Notes: generated by a model not told the origin, from the letters alone. Counted from the first letter of the stretch, positions 26,408 through 41,302 are shown. The stretch: DNA of 64,000 bases from Octopus vulgaris (GCA_951406725.2 OX597826.1:43524001-43588000); one strand, 5' to 3'. Program-made: numbers and translations.

Positions 26408-26746
26408 GAAGGCGCATGGCTCAGTGATTAGAGCGTCGAGCTTACGATCGTGAGGTTGTGAGCTCGAATACGGGACCGAGCTGCGTGTTGTGTTCTTGGA
26501 CAAGACACTATATTTCACGTTGCTCCAGTTCACTCAACTGTAGAAATGAATTGCGACGTCACAGGTGCCAAGCTGTATCGGCCTTTGCCTTTCCCTTGGA
26601 TAACACTGGTGGTGTGGAGGGGGGAGGCTGGTATGCATGGGCGACTGCTGGTCTTCCATAAACAACCTTGCCTGGACTTGTGCCTGAGATGGTAACTTTC
26701 TAGGTGCAATCCCATAGTCTGTGTCGTGACCGAAGTGGGGGGTCTC
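26408..26746 (+). mobile_element. tRNA-derived SINE (second OR-like family)
   Basis: ggcgcatggctcagtg...tgtgttcttg...ggtgcaatccca; similar to 42442-42785 and 61339-61676. Confidence 0.9.
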
Positions 26747-26799
26747 AGTATCACTGGTTATGATATGCAGTGCATAAATAAAAATTAATTTTAACTTAC

Positions 26800-27780
26800 A
26801 ACGGAAGAGGGAGATGTTGTGGTGAGAATCATTGACACACTTAGAGGATTGAAGAATAGACTAGCCGAACACTTGTAAAGTGTAGTGGTCGGTAGAAGTA
26901 AAGGAGAGCGTTTTGGTACTTTTCATGGTTTAATCACTTGTGATTCAGTTGCTGGTAGGTTATCTTTTGTAGAAGGTTCTCTCTAACGGGTTTTCTTATC
27001 GTTGAAACTGTTGAGCTGTTGTTGACTGGTTGTTGTGCTATTTACCTTGTTTTTGTTTTCTTCCCAATTTGGGGGCGAAAGTAGGGTTGGACTGTGGAGG
27101 CGGAGCAGGCGCCCGAGACGTCTCGAGCCGAGAGCTAAGCTTCTGTAGCAGGTCACTGAAGGTGTTACAGCCACCGTTGGCCTACTGGAAGTGGAGGTGG
27201 TGCAGGTGGATTTGGAAATTTTAAAGAGAAACAAGGATTTAATTGAGAGAGGGGTCAAGGCTAAAGTTGACTGTCCCACCCCTCATGGAGATGTTACAAA
27301 AATGAAAAGTAAGAAAATGGTGGTTTACAGAATGCTGTCAGTCAAGAGCAAGAAAATAGAGATGGCAAGCGAAGAAGCCACAGAGGAGTGCCTGAAAGAA
27401 ATCAGGAATGACGTCCAGTCATTTTGTAGCGGAAGAAGGTTCGATACAGTGGAAGTGCGTTTCGCTACCCTAGAATAGGAAATAAAGCACTCCGCTACAC
27501 CATTGAGAACGGAGGAATGAGCACACCTGCCGACCTATCTCGGTAAACGTGTGGCGAGAGTAAGAATTAGCAGGGTGACCCCTGATATCGCTGAGATGTG
27601 GTTGTTTGAAGCAATTTTGGCGGGGACAAATGAGGAACCAAAAATAATGCAAGTGACAAGGACAAAAGTTTTGGGGCTCTAACCTAGAACTTGTAATCCA
27701 GGCCACCCCACAAAACTTCGAAGAAATAGTGGAGAAAATTGAGCTACCCAAAAAAGTGAAGCTGCGAGTGGTAGTGGAGT
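26800..27780 (+). mobile_element. Probable Tx1/L1-like LINE 5' region and ORF1 fragment
   Basis: Disrupted ORF from 27191 (...GRRFDTVEVRFATLE) resembling an RRM-type ORF1, with stops and frameshifts. Confidence 0.5.
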
Positions 27781-27784
27781 TATG

Positions 27785-28035
27785 CACTGGGGTCGATATA
27801 ATCGACTTAATCCGTTTGCCTGCCCTTGTTTGTCCTCTCTGTGTTTAGCCCTGTGGGTAGTAAAGTAATAGGTATTTCGTCTGCCGCTACGTTCTGAGTT
27901 CAAATTCCGCCGAGGTCAACTTTGCCTTTTATCCTTTCAGGGTTGATAAATTAAGTACCGGTGAAACACTGGGATCGATGTAATTGACTATCCCCCTCCC
28001 CCAAATTTCAGGCCTTGTGCCTATAGTAGAAAGGA
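27785..28035 (+). mobile_element. Nin-domain-like SINE fragment
   Basis: gttctgagttcaaattccgccgaggtcaac...gataaattaagtacc. Confidence 0.8.
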
Positions 28036-28109
28036 TATATGTATGTATGTATGTATGTATATATGTATGTATGATCCTTTTCTCTTACTTGGCAGCAAGG
28101 GTGTAAAGG

Positions 28110-28515
28110 AAAACATCTTGTTTCAACAATCACCCTTTAAATCTTATATGGCTTTTCAGATTTTCATAGCCACAGATATCACAATCCTTTGTAGCGTATA
28201 GATTAAGCATTTGCGTACTCTTCCCAAGCTCCCAAGATCAAGCATGCTTTGCTCCAGACGCGTTGGTATGTACCCCTTTGCTCCAATAATAATAAGTATG
28301 AAGCTGAAAGTGCATCATGGGTAGTGGCTTTGAAAACTCCTTATTGACGGTTCATAGATGTACTTTTTCCCTTGTATTTTTCTAATCTCATTGGTACCAA
28401 GAGGGCAGCTGATTTCTACAGTCGAACATGTCTTTTCTTTGTGCTTTGAAAGAACAATACCTTGCCTATTGTATTTTAACTTAGTGGCTGTTTAATTTTA
28501 AGTGCCACCAATATT
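28110..28515 (-). mobile_element. RLE-type LINE endonuclease fragment
   Basis: Minus strand KYNRQGIVL...TVEISCPLGTN...IIIGAKG, resembling the RLE NRPDIV/EISCP/IIGALG pattern. Confidence 0.7.
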
Positions 28516-28788
28516 CTTTGTGGTCAACGTCGGCAGTAGGTGTTTTCTTTATTTTCTATCTGCCTGTCTGTCCGTCCGTAGTATGTATGTATGTATGTAT
28601 GTATGTATGTATGTATGTATGTATGTATGTATGTATGTATGTATGTATGTATGTATGTATCTATCTATCTATCTGTCTATGATTAATCACTACAGAAGCA
28701 GTTAATGCTAAAAAGCAATCTTTATATGCAGCTTAATGTGAATATTTTGTTTTGTTTAGAACACAGAACACTGCCTTATTAACTCAGA

Positions 28789-29166
28789 GGAGGCGCAATG
28801 GCCCAGTGGTTAGGGCAGCGGACTCGCGGTCGTAGGATCGCGGTTTCGATTCCCAGACCGGGCGTTGTGAGTGTTTATTGAGCGAAAACACCTAAAGCCC
28901 CACGAGGCTGCGGCAGGGATGGTGGTGATCCCTGCTGTTGTCTTTCACCACAACTTTCTCTCACTCTTACTTCCTGTTTCTGTTGTACCTGCATTTCAAA
29001 GGGCCGGCCTTGTCACTCTGTGTCACGCTGAATATCCCCGAGAACTACGTTAAGGGTACACGTGTCTGTGGAGTGCTCAGCCACTTGTACGTTAATTTCA
29101 CGAGCAGGCTGTGCCGTTGATCGGATCAACCGGAACCCTCGTCGTCGGAACCGACGGAGTGCTTCT
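28789..29166 (+). mobile_element. OR-type SINE with 13-bp TSD
   Basis: Near-identical to 21402-21785; TSD tattaactcagag at 28777-28789 and 29172-29184. Confidence 0.92.
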
Positions 29167-30582
29167 ATATATATTAACTCAGAGAGGATCTTCCATATGC
29201 ACGCATGTTGGATAAAAGCACTTATTTATCTTTGGCAGATGAGAATCTGCCAGGTCACGTGGTCTCTGTTACCTGCTTCATATGACTTGCGTCTGTTGCC
29301 ATCTATTATTTTTTAATAAACCTGGTTGTTTGCGACATCAGGATATTAAAAGACACTGAAATTCTGTATACATTTGAAAGAGAGATTCGACTATTATGCC
29401 TCTACCGGACGTTTTGCTACCGAAGAATACTTCATGCATTAGGATCGCGTTAATTTTAGTTGTCCTTCTAATTTTTGTGTTTGGGGATTATGGCAATTAC
29501 ATATATTGACATTATTTGATTGACTTCATGGATAATCTCATTTGGCTTGGATAATTCATAAGAATTTCTAGTTTTGGGACGTTTTGTGGCAACCACACAC
29601 ACACATACACACATATACATACACATGCATATACACACACGTGAGTTAATAGCATCAACCGAACAAAAGTACTGTGAACAACAAAGTAGAACATTAATTA
29701 TTAATTTAATTAGGTTAAATGAAGCCACCACTAGCAACTACAAACGATTATTAGTTTTATTGCGTTGAGGCGCCATACTCATTACGAACGCACTGCAAAG
29801 TAGAGGGATACCCGCGGTAATACCAGTGAAATAACATCTCACTCTATAACCTTCAACGCTGTATTGACTCACCAAATTATCTTTTATTAATATTTTTGTG
29901 TCGAAATTTTTTGTGTCAAAACTTTTGTGTCAAACTTCTGTTCCTGTAGCAAGTATGCAGATGGCTCTCCTTAACATGATCTCTTGGCTGTGAATTGTCT
30001 TGATATTCTTTTGACATAAATGCAGAAAACTCAAGCTTTAACGCTTGTGGTGTCAAAGTGAGTTGAAAACTCGACTTGTATTGCTGTCTGTTAATAGTAT
30101 TAGTTGTGAAGTTCATTCCAGCGTAGCGACCTCAGGAACTGCATGTCTCCCACTGCATGGTAACTATTTGAAGTTGCCTGCGTTGCTTTCAGGGTTTCAG
30201 ACGGCATAATTACATACATACGCGTGAGTGCATATCTGCATCTAGCACTCACGCTGGCCCCAGCTGAGACGAATTTTCGCCTCTGATATTCACAGAGTTT
30301 TTAATACACCAAGTCTATGAGAAATATTATCTCGAGCTAAGTAAGGCAGTAACTGGGTCACCGATCGTGTTTGTATATACAGTATGATACCTAGCTCTCT
30401 CTCTCTCTCTCTCCCCTACTACCTACCTACCTACCTACCTACCTACCTACCTACCTACCTACCTTCATACCTACCAACCTACCTGCCTGTCAGTCTGTAT
30501 GTATGTCTGTCTATCTGTTTGTATATATGTATGTATGTATATATGACTGTTTGTCTATCTATCTTCCTACTTACCTACAAGC

Positions 30583-30685
<103 letters not shown>

Positions 30686-31014
30686 AGCGAAGTCGTTTGT
30701 ACGTCGTTGGGTTCTGCATAATAAGATAGAGAGATATGAAAAGTAATATGGCTGGCGTTAGGAAGAGCCTTATGCATCAGCACGGTCTCAGTGGAACCAC
30801 ACACACACACGCGTGTACATATTGACAGGTACATCACCAGATGGATGACTGGCAAAGTTGGAGCTTCTACGGAATTTAAACTCAGAACAGAAGATCCGCA
30901 AGAAATATCGCAAAGGCATTTTTTCTAATGCTGCAACGATTCTGCAAGCTCGCTGCCTCATCTTACTATAATAATAATAATAATAATAACAATAACAATA
31001 ACAATAACAATAAC

Positions 31015-31066
<52 letters not shown>

Positions 31067-32789
31067 CGAAACTCATTTGAATAAACTCCGAGAAAGCTGT
31101 TAAACTATTATATATACTTACAGAATACATTTCGTTTTAGCACTTTCCCGCCTTCTTCCCGCCTTCTCTGACGTTTTCTTTCTTCCCGTTTCTCCTATTA
31201 TTATTTCAGTATTAGCAAGAATCGGATATCAACAGTTTTGTTTAATTATTTACGACTTTTGAAAATTGCACCAATTTTTAATACATTATGGCTGAATATA
31301 ATGTTACTGAGTCCATAATAAAATAATCATATTTATTCTTTAGTAGTCTTTCATTTGTCAGCATATTGCTTCGTTATCATCATTCTTAAAGCAAAAAATA
31401 ACAACTAACTAGTTCTCTCTTTCTCCCTCTGTTTTTTTTTGTTTTTTTTTTTTGGTATTCATTTTCTTTATTTCTCACCTTTTAATACCTTCAGGGATAA
31501 CGATATTTTTCTTCGAAGATTTCCAGAATTGGTTAGATTCTCACATTCTTAACAGAACAGGTGGTTTAAAATTACTTGTTCTCAAACTAGAGATAGAAAA
31601 TAAATAAATGTAAACAAAACAACAACAACAACAACAAAACAAGCTTCCAAGGAAAACTGTATTTTGCGGGAAAATAAGATAAAAAAAAATATTAAAAATA
31701 AAAAAAAAAGATCTAACTGAAAACTATGTTGCAATATTTTTGTTTCAAACCTTTGAAAAACGATGAAAAAATAAACACACACACTCACATACATACATAC
31801 ATACATACATACATACATACATACATACATACATACATACATACATACATACATACATACATACATACATACATACATACATAGATACATACATACATAC
31901 ATGCATACATACATACATACATACATACATACATACATAAATGTATGCATTAAATATATATATATATATATATATACATATACATGTATGTGTACAATAA
32001 ATGTTTGCTTATATATTTATATATATATGTATGTATATAACTGTACGTATGTGTGTATGTATTCATGTATACGTATATGCACTTATTTATTTCAACTGTG
32101 CAGGATAAATATTTTTCGTAAATAATTAGATTCCTTGGCTCAATTTCATCTTTCTTTTATGCAGAAATATTCCACAATCTCCTAATTGCACGTTATTTTA
32201 TGTCAGAGAAGATGAAGTTAGGAAAAAACTACACAAAGTAATACAAAAATATTACGCACACACACACACACACAGATGCATACACACATACGCCCACATA
32301 AACACACAGATTTATATGCACGTATATACACTATATATACACTCAACGATATGAGCACTCACATATGAACGTACACAACATCCCTGTGTGAGAATGTGAG
32401 TTTCTGTGCTCTTCTTCTTTTTTTTCATTGCAGATGCTGTTGTATGTAACGTATGAAAAAAAAAACCATTCGTAGTAAAACATAATATTGAAATTTACAC
32501 ATCATCGCCAAGAGAGTATATATATATATATTCATGCATATCGCTATATTCGTAGATATATGATCAAATTTACATCTGTACAAACACACACATACAAACA
32601 CACACACACACACACACACACATAAACACACACACACACACACACACACACCTATTCGCAAAGGACACACTCTCACACGCGTTAATACACCACTTGAAAG
32701 CACAGGCATAATTCTCTCCAGAAATCAGTAATATACTTCTTTATCCATCTGCTATTACTCGTATATGCATATATATATATATATATATG

Positions 32790-32876
<87 letters not shown>

Positions 32877-32908
32877 CGTGTGTGTGGGAGTGTAGGTATG
32901 TGTGTGCA

Positions 32909-32946
<38 letters not shown>

Positions 32947-33869
32947 CGCACATTGTATCTATCTATCTATAAACGCGTGTTTATATACTTAAATATCTAT
33001 ATATGTGTACGCATATATATGTATATATATATATACATATATATATATGCATATATATATAAATCCATGAATATATATACATGTATATGTATGTATTTAT
33101 GTATGTATGTATGTATGAATGTATGTATGTATGTATGTATGTATGTATGATTGTATGTATGTATGTATGTATGTATGTATGTATGTATGCACGTATGTAT
33201 GTATGTACGTATGTATGTATGTATGAATGTATGTATGTATGTACGTATGAATGTATGTATGTATGTATGAATGTATGTATGTATGCACGTACATATGAAT
33301 GTATGTATGTATACACAAAGACACTCATGTCTACGTGTGTGCTCATATATTTTAAAGCAGATGTGCAGAATCGTTACAAGTGTAAATGAAGAAAACAGGT
33401 TAGAGAGCTGAAACTAAATTAATATACAAAATGATTCATAAATAAACAAGCTGGGCAAAACTAACATCGATTCATCTTTTGTGTATTAGTGTACGAGTGG
33501 TACGTACGTATATGTATATGCATGTTCACACACACACATGTATATACATGCCTGTGTGTATACACACACACAAACACACACACAAACACATATATATATA
33601 TATGTATATATGTGTATATATATATATATATTAATATATTTAATTAGATATGTATGTTTATGTATGTGTGTGTAAGTGTGCATCGATGCATCTTTTGTGT
33701 ATTTCTGTGTGTGGTGAATATATATACACAGATGTATATATACACAGATGTGTATATATATAAACATATATATATATATATATAGATATATGCTTATATA
33801 CTTATATATACATCTAGTCAGAAGGGGAGAGAAAGAGAGAGAGATAGAAAGAGATAAAAAGTGTGTGGA

Positions 33870-33912
<43 letters not shown>

Positions 33913-35068
33913 GCATAATATGCACGTGTGTATTCACAAACGCTCATACACACACATACACACACACTTTTATATACGCATATTCTATATACACGATCGT
34001 AGATATTTATGCATTATTATGAACATAGTGATGTGTATGAATCGACATATGAATATTTATCAAACTATATGTATATATATATATACTTATATATGTGTCC
34101 ATTTCCACACACACACACACCCGCACACACACACGCATATATATATATACATATGTATACAAATAAGTATATATTCATACACATATGCAGAACATAAACA
34201 CGCACGCACAAACACACACCTATACATTTTGCTATATAGACTCACGCACACACATATACATGTATGCGCTTGTATATATATTTGTGCTTTGCTTGTGCGT
34301 GTGTGTATACGTTATTTACATATTAATTTATATTTCATTATCTAGTGTGTAATTACATATATATATACTTTCTCTTTGCTTTGGACCAATAACTTAGATA
34401 AACTATATAATTATCAAGTCTTACAAAGGTAATTTTTTTGCTTGTTTTGGGTCTTTAATGAAATCTTTATATAAAGAAGACAAAAAATAGACGAAAATTG
34501 TTTGACCCCAAAATAGAATGTCATAGGAATGGACAGGTTAATGAGTGCTAGGTGATTTTATCATTTAAATGTACATAGAAAAAAAATTGATATCTAGAAC
34601 TGGATCCTTCGTCTATTTCGATGATGAACATTCAACAATCATAATTACTGAATATCGCGTATTCATGAAACGAACATATAAATTGGTTATATACTCGTCA
34701 AACACGTGTACTTATAATGTAATTGTTGTGTTAGTGTGGCTGAATGTGAAAAAAGCAGGCCCTTAATTTACATGTAAAACCCAGAAAGAATGAGAAAGAG
34801 AGACAAAGGGAAGAGTGAGACAGAGCGAGGAAATTGTGCTAGTTCTGCGCTAGTATTTTATCGGGCCGCAAACGGATGTAAGAAAAAGATGTCCTCAGTG
34901 TAATTTGAAGTCAGAACCACAAAGTTTTCAGGAGGTTTTCCTAGCTGACACACTAATGAATCTGCCAATTCGCTTCGCTGCGTCATGCTATTCTACCTTG
35001 AGACAATCTGAATCATATGTCGACAGATAGTTCCATAAATATTCATATTTTCAATGAATATGTATATG

Positions 35069-35165
<97 letters not shown>

Positions 35166-35185
35166 TTGTCTGTCTCTCTACCTGT

Positions 35186-35253
<68 letters not shown>

Positions 35254-35284
35254 TTGTCTGTCTCTCTACCTGTTTATTTATCTT

Positions 35285-35361
<77 letters not shown>

Positions 35362-35464
35362 ATATATATATATCTATACACGAACAAACGCATTTAAATA
35401 CAAATATTTGTTTATATTATTGAATCGAAGCATTTATGAATAAGTTACACAAATATTCATATAA

Positions 35465-35732
35465 ATATAATTAAGGAGAAAGCAGAACTATAGTGAATGG
35501 TAGTCTTTCACAAATAGGTAGACATCAGAGATTTATTTCATATGCAAGATTGTAATTGAGAAGAAAGAAGAAACTTCAAGGTAATCCTTTACAGCTGTTT
35601 CAGTAATACGGTGACAAATAAATATATTAATGTACATTATGCATATATAGTTAAGTATTAAACTGGTTTTAACAAATAAGTATGAAATAAGTCAATTGTA
35701 TGTGATGCGTCTAGTCTCTTCTTCAGAGAGAA
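35465..35732 (-). mobile_element. PLE pLTR-like fragment; hammerhead core split by a long stem II insert
   Basis: Minus strand CTGAAGA (35726-35720), about 120 nt, then GAAACAGCTGTA (35601-35590) with palindromic ACAGCTGT. Confidence 0.5.
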
Positions 35733-35744
35733 TATATATTTATA

Positions 35745-35779
<35 letters not shown>

Positions 35780-36520
35780 GTATATATTAATAAAAACGGT
35801 AAAATAACAAAAGAAAGAAAGAGACATCGATAGTATGTAAATAGAGGAATTTATCTGTAAATGTAATTTGTGACAATTATTCGGTAGCCATGATAAAACT
35901 CCGAGCTTCGGAGTTTATATATTTGTATATAATTCCTCAACCGTGTCACGACAGACGTGCGTTTCTCAGACAATTCTTTTTCCTTCTCTCTGAACTTTTT
36001 CTTCTTTTCTCTTTCGTCGTAGAGTCGTGCCCGAAACGTCACCTCATCTCATTTTCCATATTAAGCTTTCTCTGAGCGTGAATCTAATATATTAACTGTG
36101 TACGTCCTTTTGACTTGTTAACTATTATTTGCCTAAAAATACATACATACTTACATGCATACATAAACGCAAACACACACATTGTTTACATATGTACATT
36201 GTTTCATATATATATTGTATATTGTTTATTGTTTCATAGGACGTGGCATAAATCGTTTTTAGCAGTAAAACCCAAAGTAGATACAGTTGTGTGCAAATAC
36301 TGTGTTGGAAATCTTAAATGGAAAAAAAGTCGAAGAGTGCCTATAGGACTCGAACTCACATCTTTCGTAAACATGACGGTCTTTTTACCGTCGTACCATA
36401 GTAAACCTTCGATATTATTCATAGCCTTATCTACTTAAAGTTCCGCCGTTGAAAACGATATGCATGGATGTGTGTATGTGCATTTGTGTGTGTGTGTATA
36501 TTAGTTTGTGTTTGTGTATA

Positions 36521-36709
36521 CTCTCTTTTACTTGTTTCAGTCATTTGACTGTGGCCATGCTGGAGCACCTCCTTTAGTCGAGCAAATCGACCCCAGGACT
36601 TATTCTTTGTAAGCCTAGTACTTATTCTATTGGTCTCTTTTTCCCGAACCGCTAAGTTGCACAGACACACAAACATATACACACATACATACATACATAC
36701 ATACATACA

Positions 36710-36782
<73 letters not shown>

Positions 36783-36942
36783 CGGGCTTCTTTCAGTTTC
36801 TGTCTATCAAATCCACTCACAAGACTTTGGTCGGCCCGAGGCTATAGTAGAGGACACTTGACCAAGGTGCCAAGCAGTGGGACCGAACCCGGAACCAAGT
36901 GGCTGGCAAGTAAGCTATTTACCACACAGCCACTCCTGCGCC
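36521..36942 (-). mobile_element. OK-type SINE
   Basis: Reverse complement of the 5091-5490 family with internal (TACA)n/(TA)n. Confidence 0.88.
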
Positions 36943-37527
36943 AATAATGTGAATATGATGTTTAGTATTGCGTTTGATATACTCCAGTATGCTTATGGGA
37001 AATGTTTTCTTCACCGTCTTTCTTTTTCTATATAATCACAGCATCTTAAACTCACGGTGATATCACGAGTATCTATTTTCCAATTCCCACTTCTCGTAGA
37101 AATGAGAACCATCGAGACGGTGGGGTTGACGGCTCTAGACATTTTGAAACCATTTGGCTAAATCGAAACGCACATTCTTCAGACGAAAATCTGAAGAATT
37201 TGTATTTTTGTCATCCTCTGTTGAAGTATATAAATATACATTGAACTTTACATTTTAGTGATGTTGTTGATGATGCTGGTATAGATGTGGCTGCTGACGG
37301 AGATGGCGGTTTTATGAATGGTGGTGGTGATGGTGGTGTGTTGGTGGTTGTAATGGTATTGTGGAGATGTGCTGACCTTTCTGGTAATATAGAAATTTCT
37401 GTATTATGGTTTGTTCAGTTGTTTGATGACCATAATTTGTTGCCTTTATCTTCAACAAGGAGGGAACTCTATATGGTAGATACATACATGCATACATACA
37501 CGCATTTATCTATATATGTATATGTAC

Positions 37528-37599
<72 letters not shown>

Positions 37600-37687
37600 G
37601 TATGTATTTATGTATGCATATATATATATATATACTTACACACAAAGGCATACATAGATGTATACACACATACCTATATATGTTTCT

Positions 37688-37732
<45 letters not shown>

Positions 37733-38980
37733 AAGAGGAAGAGAAAGAAAGAGAAAGAGAGAGAGACACACACACTTATATATATATGCGAAATACTACA
37801 TATCAGCACTTATGTATATATATATATATACATAAGTGCTGATATGTAGTATTTCGTATTTTGCTGAAGGTACAAAAGCTACATCAGAAACGCAAAAATA
37901 AAAGAAAAAAAAAAAGCCACTGGAGACACTAAACTGAAGAAAACTGCCATTTTCTCTGCGAAAGAATTAACAATCCTCCCCAAAGATGTCACTAGAGGAA
38001 AGGTCAAAATAATTAAATTATTAACGTCTAAGATAATCTTTAACAGAATGGGAAGGAACAACTCATGAGATATTGTCCAACAAGTTTAAACAACGTGTAA
38101 TAAGCAGAGCGCCTGCAGATATGATATGTTGGCAAATTGTCTGGGAATTGCAATTGTTTGCGAAACCTAAATTAAGAATCTTTGCAGGTGCCGGGAATAT
38201 GCGACAAATAGAGTCGTTGGAAAATGTCATAAGATATATCAACAAGATCAATAAAATCTCGGAATTCCATATTAGATAGAAATAGTTGCGCTAGTTTAGT
38301 TGATGTTGCAGTTGTCATCATCATCCCCTATTATTAATATATACGAGTTTAGCTCAATGCTAGAAGCTATGGGCAACAATGCTAAACGATAAAATTGGAT
38401 TCATGCATTATTATTCTTTTTTTTTTTTGTTTCTGTGTTTGATTTTTCTCTCTTCCTCTGGTAAATTTCCACCTAAATGTGCGCCATAGATGAAATTGAA
38501 TTCTGTGTGACAAACACATTAAAATTATGCAACCTGCTATGCCTTATTAACAAACAAACTTCGATCTTCTCTGGCAAGTAAGTATTGTCATTGTAGGAAA
38601 TAAACCCACGTGCAAACTAGTTTAGTTATGAGGTAACACAATGAAGTAGAGAATGGATCTATCACTGTTATAATGCCCCAATTCAATTCTCTATAGAAAT
38701 AATTTTCTCTAAGTGCAAACACCCAGGTGTACGTATTTTGATAAGATTTAGCATTTACAATAGATGTATACACAGCTGATATATTTCTCCTTACTTTTAT
38801 TCATTATAAAAATTTTCTTTAAGTTGGCAGAATTGTGCTTCGGAAAAAAATGCCAGGCAGCATTTGCTTCAGCACTTTGCGTTTGAGTTCAAATCTCGCC
38901 GAAGTCAACTTTGTGTTTCATCCGTCCGGGGCGATAACATAAACAATCAGTTAGGTCTTGGGTTCGATGATATCGACATG

Positions 38981-39363
38981 GTGGAAGCACTCCGTCGGTT
39001 ACGGCGACGAGGGTTCCGGTTGATCCGATCAACGGAACAGCCTGCTCGTGAAATTAACGTGTAAGTGGCTGAGCACTCCACAGACACGTGTACCCTTAAC
39101 GTAGTTCTCGGGGATATTCAGCGTGACACAGAGAGTGACAAGGCCGGCCCTTGAAATACAGGTACAACAGAAACAGGAAGTAAGAGTGAGAGAAAGTTGT
39201 GGTGAAAAAGTACAGCAGGGATCACCGCCATCCCTGCCGCAGCCTCGTGGAGCTTTAGGTGTTTTCGCTCAATAAACACTCACAACGCCCGGTCTAGGAA
39301 TCGAAACCGCGATCCTATGACCGCGAGTCCACTGCCCTAACCACTGCGCCATTGCGCCTCCAC
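38981..39363 (-). mobile_element. OR-type SINE inserted in an older Nin-like SINE, 11-bp TSD
   Basis: TSD gatatcgacat at 38969-38979 and 39364-39374. Confidence 0.92.
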
Positions 39364-39864
39364 GATATCGACATATCCCTCCCCTCAAAGTGACTGGCCT
39401 TGTGCCTAAATCAGAAAGCATAAAGGTGCTGGGTTTGGCAGAAATATTACAGCGCCGAACGAAATACCTTCCGCTATTTGTTCCGTCTATTTGAAAACCA
39501 TTCTGGTTTCAAATTGTACTGAGGTTAACTCTCATTGTCCCGCAGTCGATAAAATAAAATACCAGTCAATTACTTGAATCGATGGCATCTAATAATACCC
39601 TCTCTTTAAAATTGTTGGCCGCGTTTCGAAATCGGAAATCACGATAAAGGTATTCTTTGTTTTCTTTGCTTCATCTACAAAATATGGCTGCCACATCTAG
39701 ATCGAATGCATTCATCCCATCGTCTTATACACATTGGGTAGTGTGTGTCTAGATACCCGACCCACAATTCCTACAGGACTGTCATGGATGGAATGAAATG
39801 CTTTTCATCCTGTCATAGGTTGTTCAGTCAAGGTCGATCCGGACAACTTTTGCTGCTGTTGCTG

Positions 39865-39905
<41 letters not shown>

Positions 39906-39916
39906 GTCTGCACACA

Positions 39917-39953
<37 letters not shown>

Positions 39954-39965
39954 ACACATACACAC

Positions 39966-40019
<54 letters not shown>

Positions 40020-40023
<4 letters not shown>

Positions 40024-40254
40024 ATAGTAAGCACATAAATGTGAAACAAGGTGGAAAAAAGAGTACTCAAATACCAGAGGTAGAGTAATACGCTTTATTT
40101 AAAAGCAGCAGAAATATAACAAAAGCCTGTTACTCGGAGTTTCATGTTCCCATTCGTCGGACAGTTTTGTTAAAAAAAAAAACTATCTAACGGACGGGAA
40201 CGTGAAACTCCTGATTAACAGCTTTTGTTATATTTCTGCTGCTTTTAAATAAAG
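40020..40254 (-). mobile_element. PLE pLTR-like element with inverted duplication carrying two HHR motifs
   Basis: Inverted arms 40093-40168 and 40179-40254; HHR on minus at 40127-40164, degenerate copy on plus at 40183-40221. Confidence 0.7.
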
Positions 40255-41302
40255 TATATATATATATATATATATACTACCACAACATTCCTCTGTAATC
40301 CAGCACCACCACCATGTTCTGATATTGTCCTCCTCCCACGCCCATCATCACAAAATTCTGTTATCACCATCACTACACACTGTTGTACACCACAATACTC
40401 CTCCTCTCCTTTAACTACGAAGCTCCACTTCAGTTCACTCCACTGACTCCCCACCCCTCCCCCTCCACCTCCAACTCCACCCCACCGCGGCTCGTAAATA
40501 TTTTAGACGATATTGTTCCGACAGGGTTTATATTGTTATGAAGCTGTGGCAATAGGATCTGGCCCTTAATGCAGGTGAATGACCTCCCATCATACCATTG
40601 TAATGGCATTTAAATATCTCATTGTTATATGGGTGGGGGGCATGGGGTAGAGCGGTTGTACTGGAAATCACCCAACCGTAAATCTAGCTGATTCCCCCAT
40701 TTATCTACCGCAGCCCCCGTTTGCCGCACGTATCTCGAATACATCGTCCTTCCTCCTTAGGAAACAGAATATCTGTTTTCCCTGCGCTAATCTCATTAAT
40801 AAGAAATAAATAAATTATTCGATGACATCCTGTTTCCTCTTGTTCACATACATATACAAGGATTAAAATTTTTCTTAGCTTCCCTTGTTGCTTGTTCTAA
40901 GTCATACTTTTCATCTATTTTTGTTTTTTGTTATTCATTTCCGTTGTTTCAGTTGCTAGACTGCGGCCATACTGGAGCATCCGCTTGAAGGCTTTTTAAA
41001 TTATTATTATTATATATATATTTTTTTTTGCTTTAGTCGAACAGATTGGTCCTGATACTTTTATTTTTATAGCCTGCTGATTGTTCTATCGTTCTCTTTT
41101 GCCAAACTGCTAAGTTTCTGAAACGAAAACAAACCAAGACCGGTTGTCAAGCGGTGGGTAGCTGGGGTACTAAAACAAGCACAGACGTGGGGGAAGAAGA
41201 CGAGAAGATGAAAATGGACAATAAATGGATGTAATTACTAATTGATTTGTATGTTACAAAAAAGGATGACATTAAAAAAACCGTACAAATAAATTGTGTA
41301 CA

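Noticed and set aside
31582-35443. Many ORFs of YIYI/MYVC/LSIY/HTHT type (also 15.0-15.3, 37.3-37.8, 43.9-44.3, 49.9-50.5, 52.1-52.7 and 58.5-59.2 kb)
   Set aside because: Translations of (TA)n, (TATG)n, (TATC)n and (CA)n microsatellites; no coding signature
38063-38279. Overlapping 62-68 aa ORFs in unique sequence
   Set aside because: No recognisable domain or clear splice sites; length expected by chance
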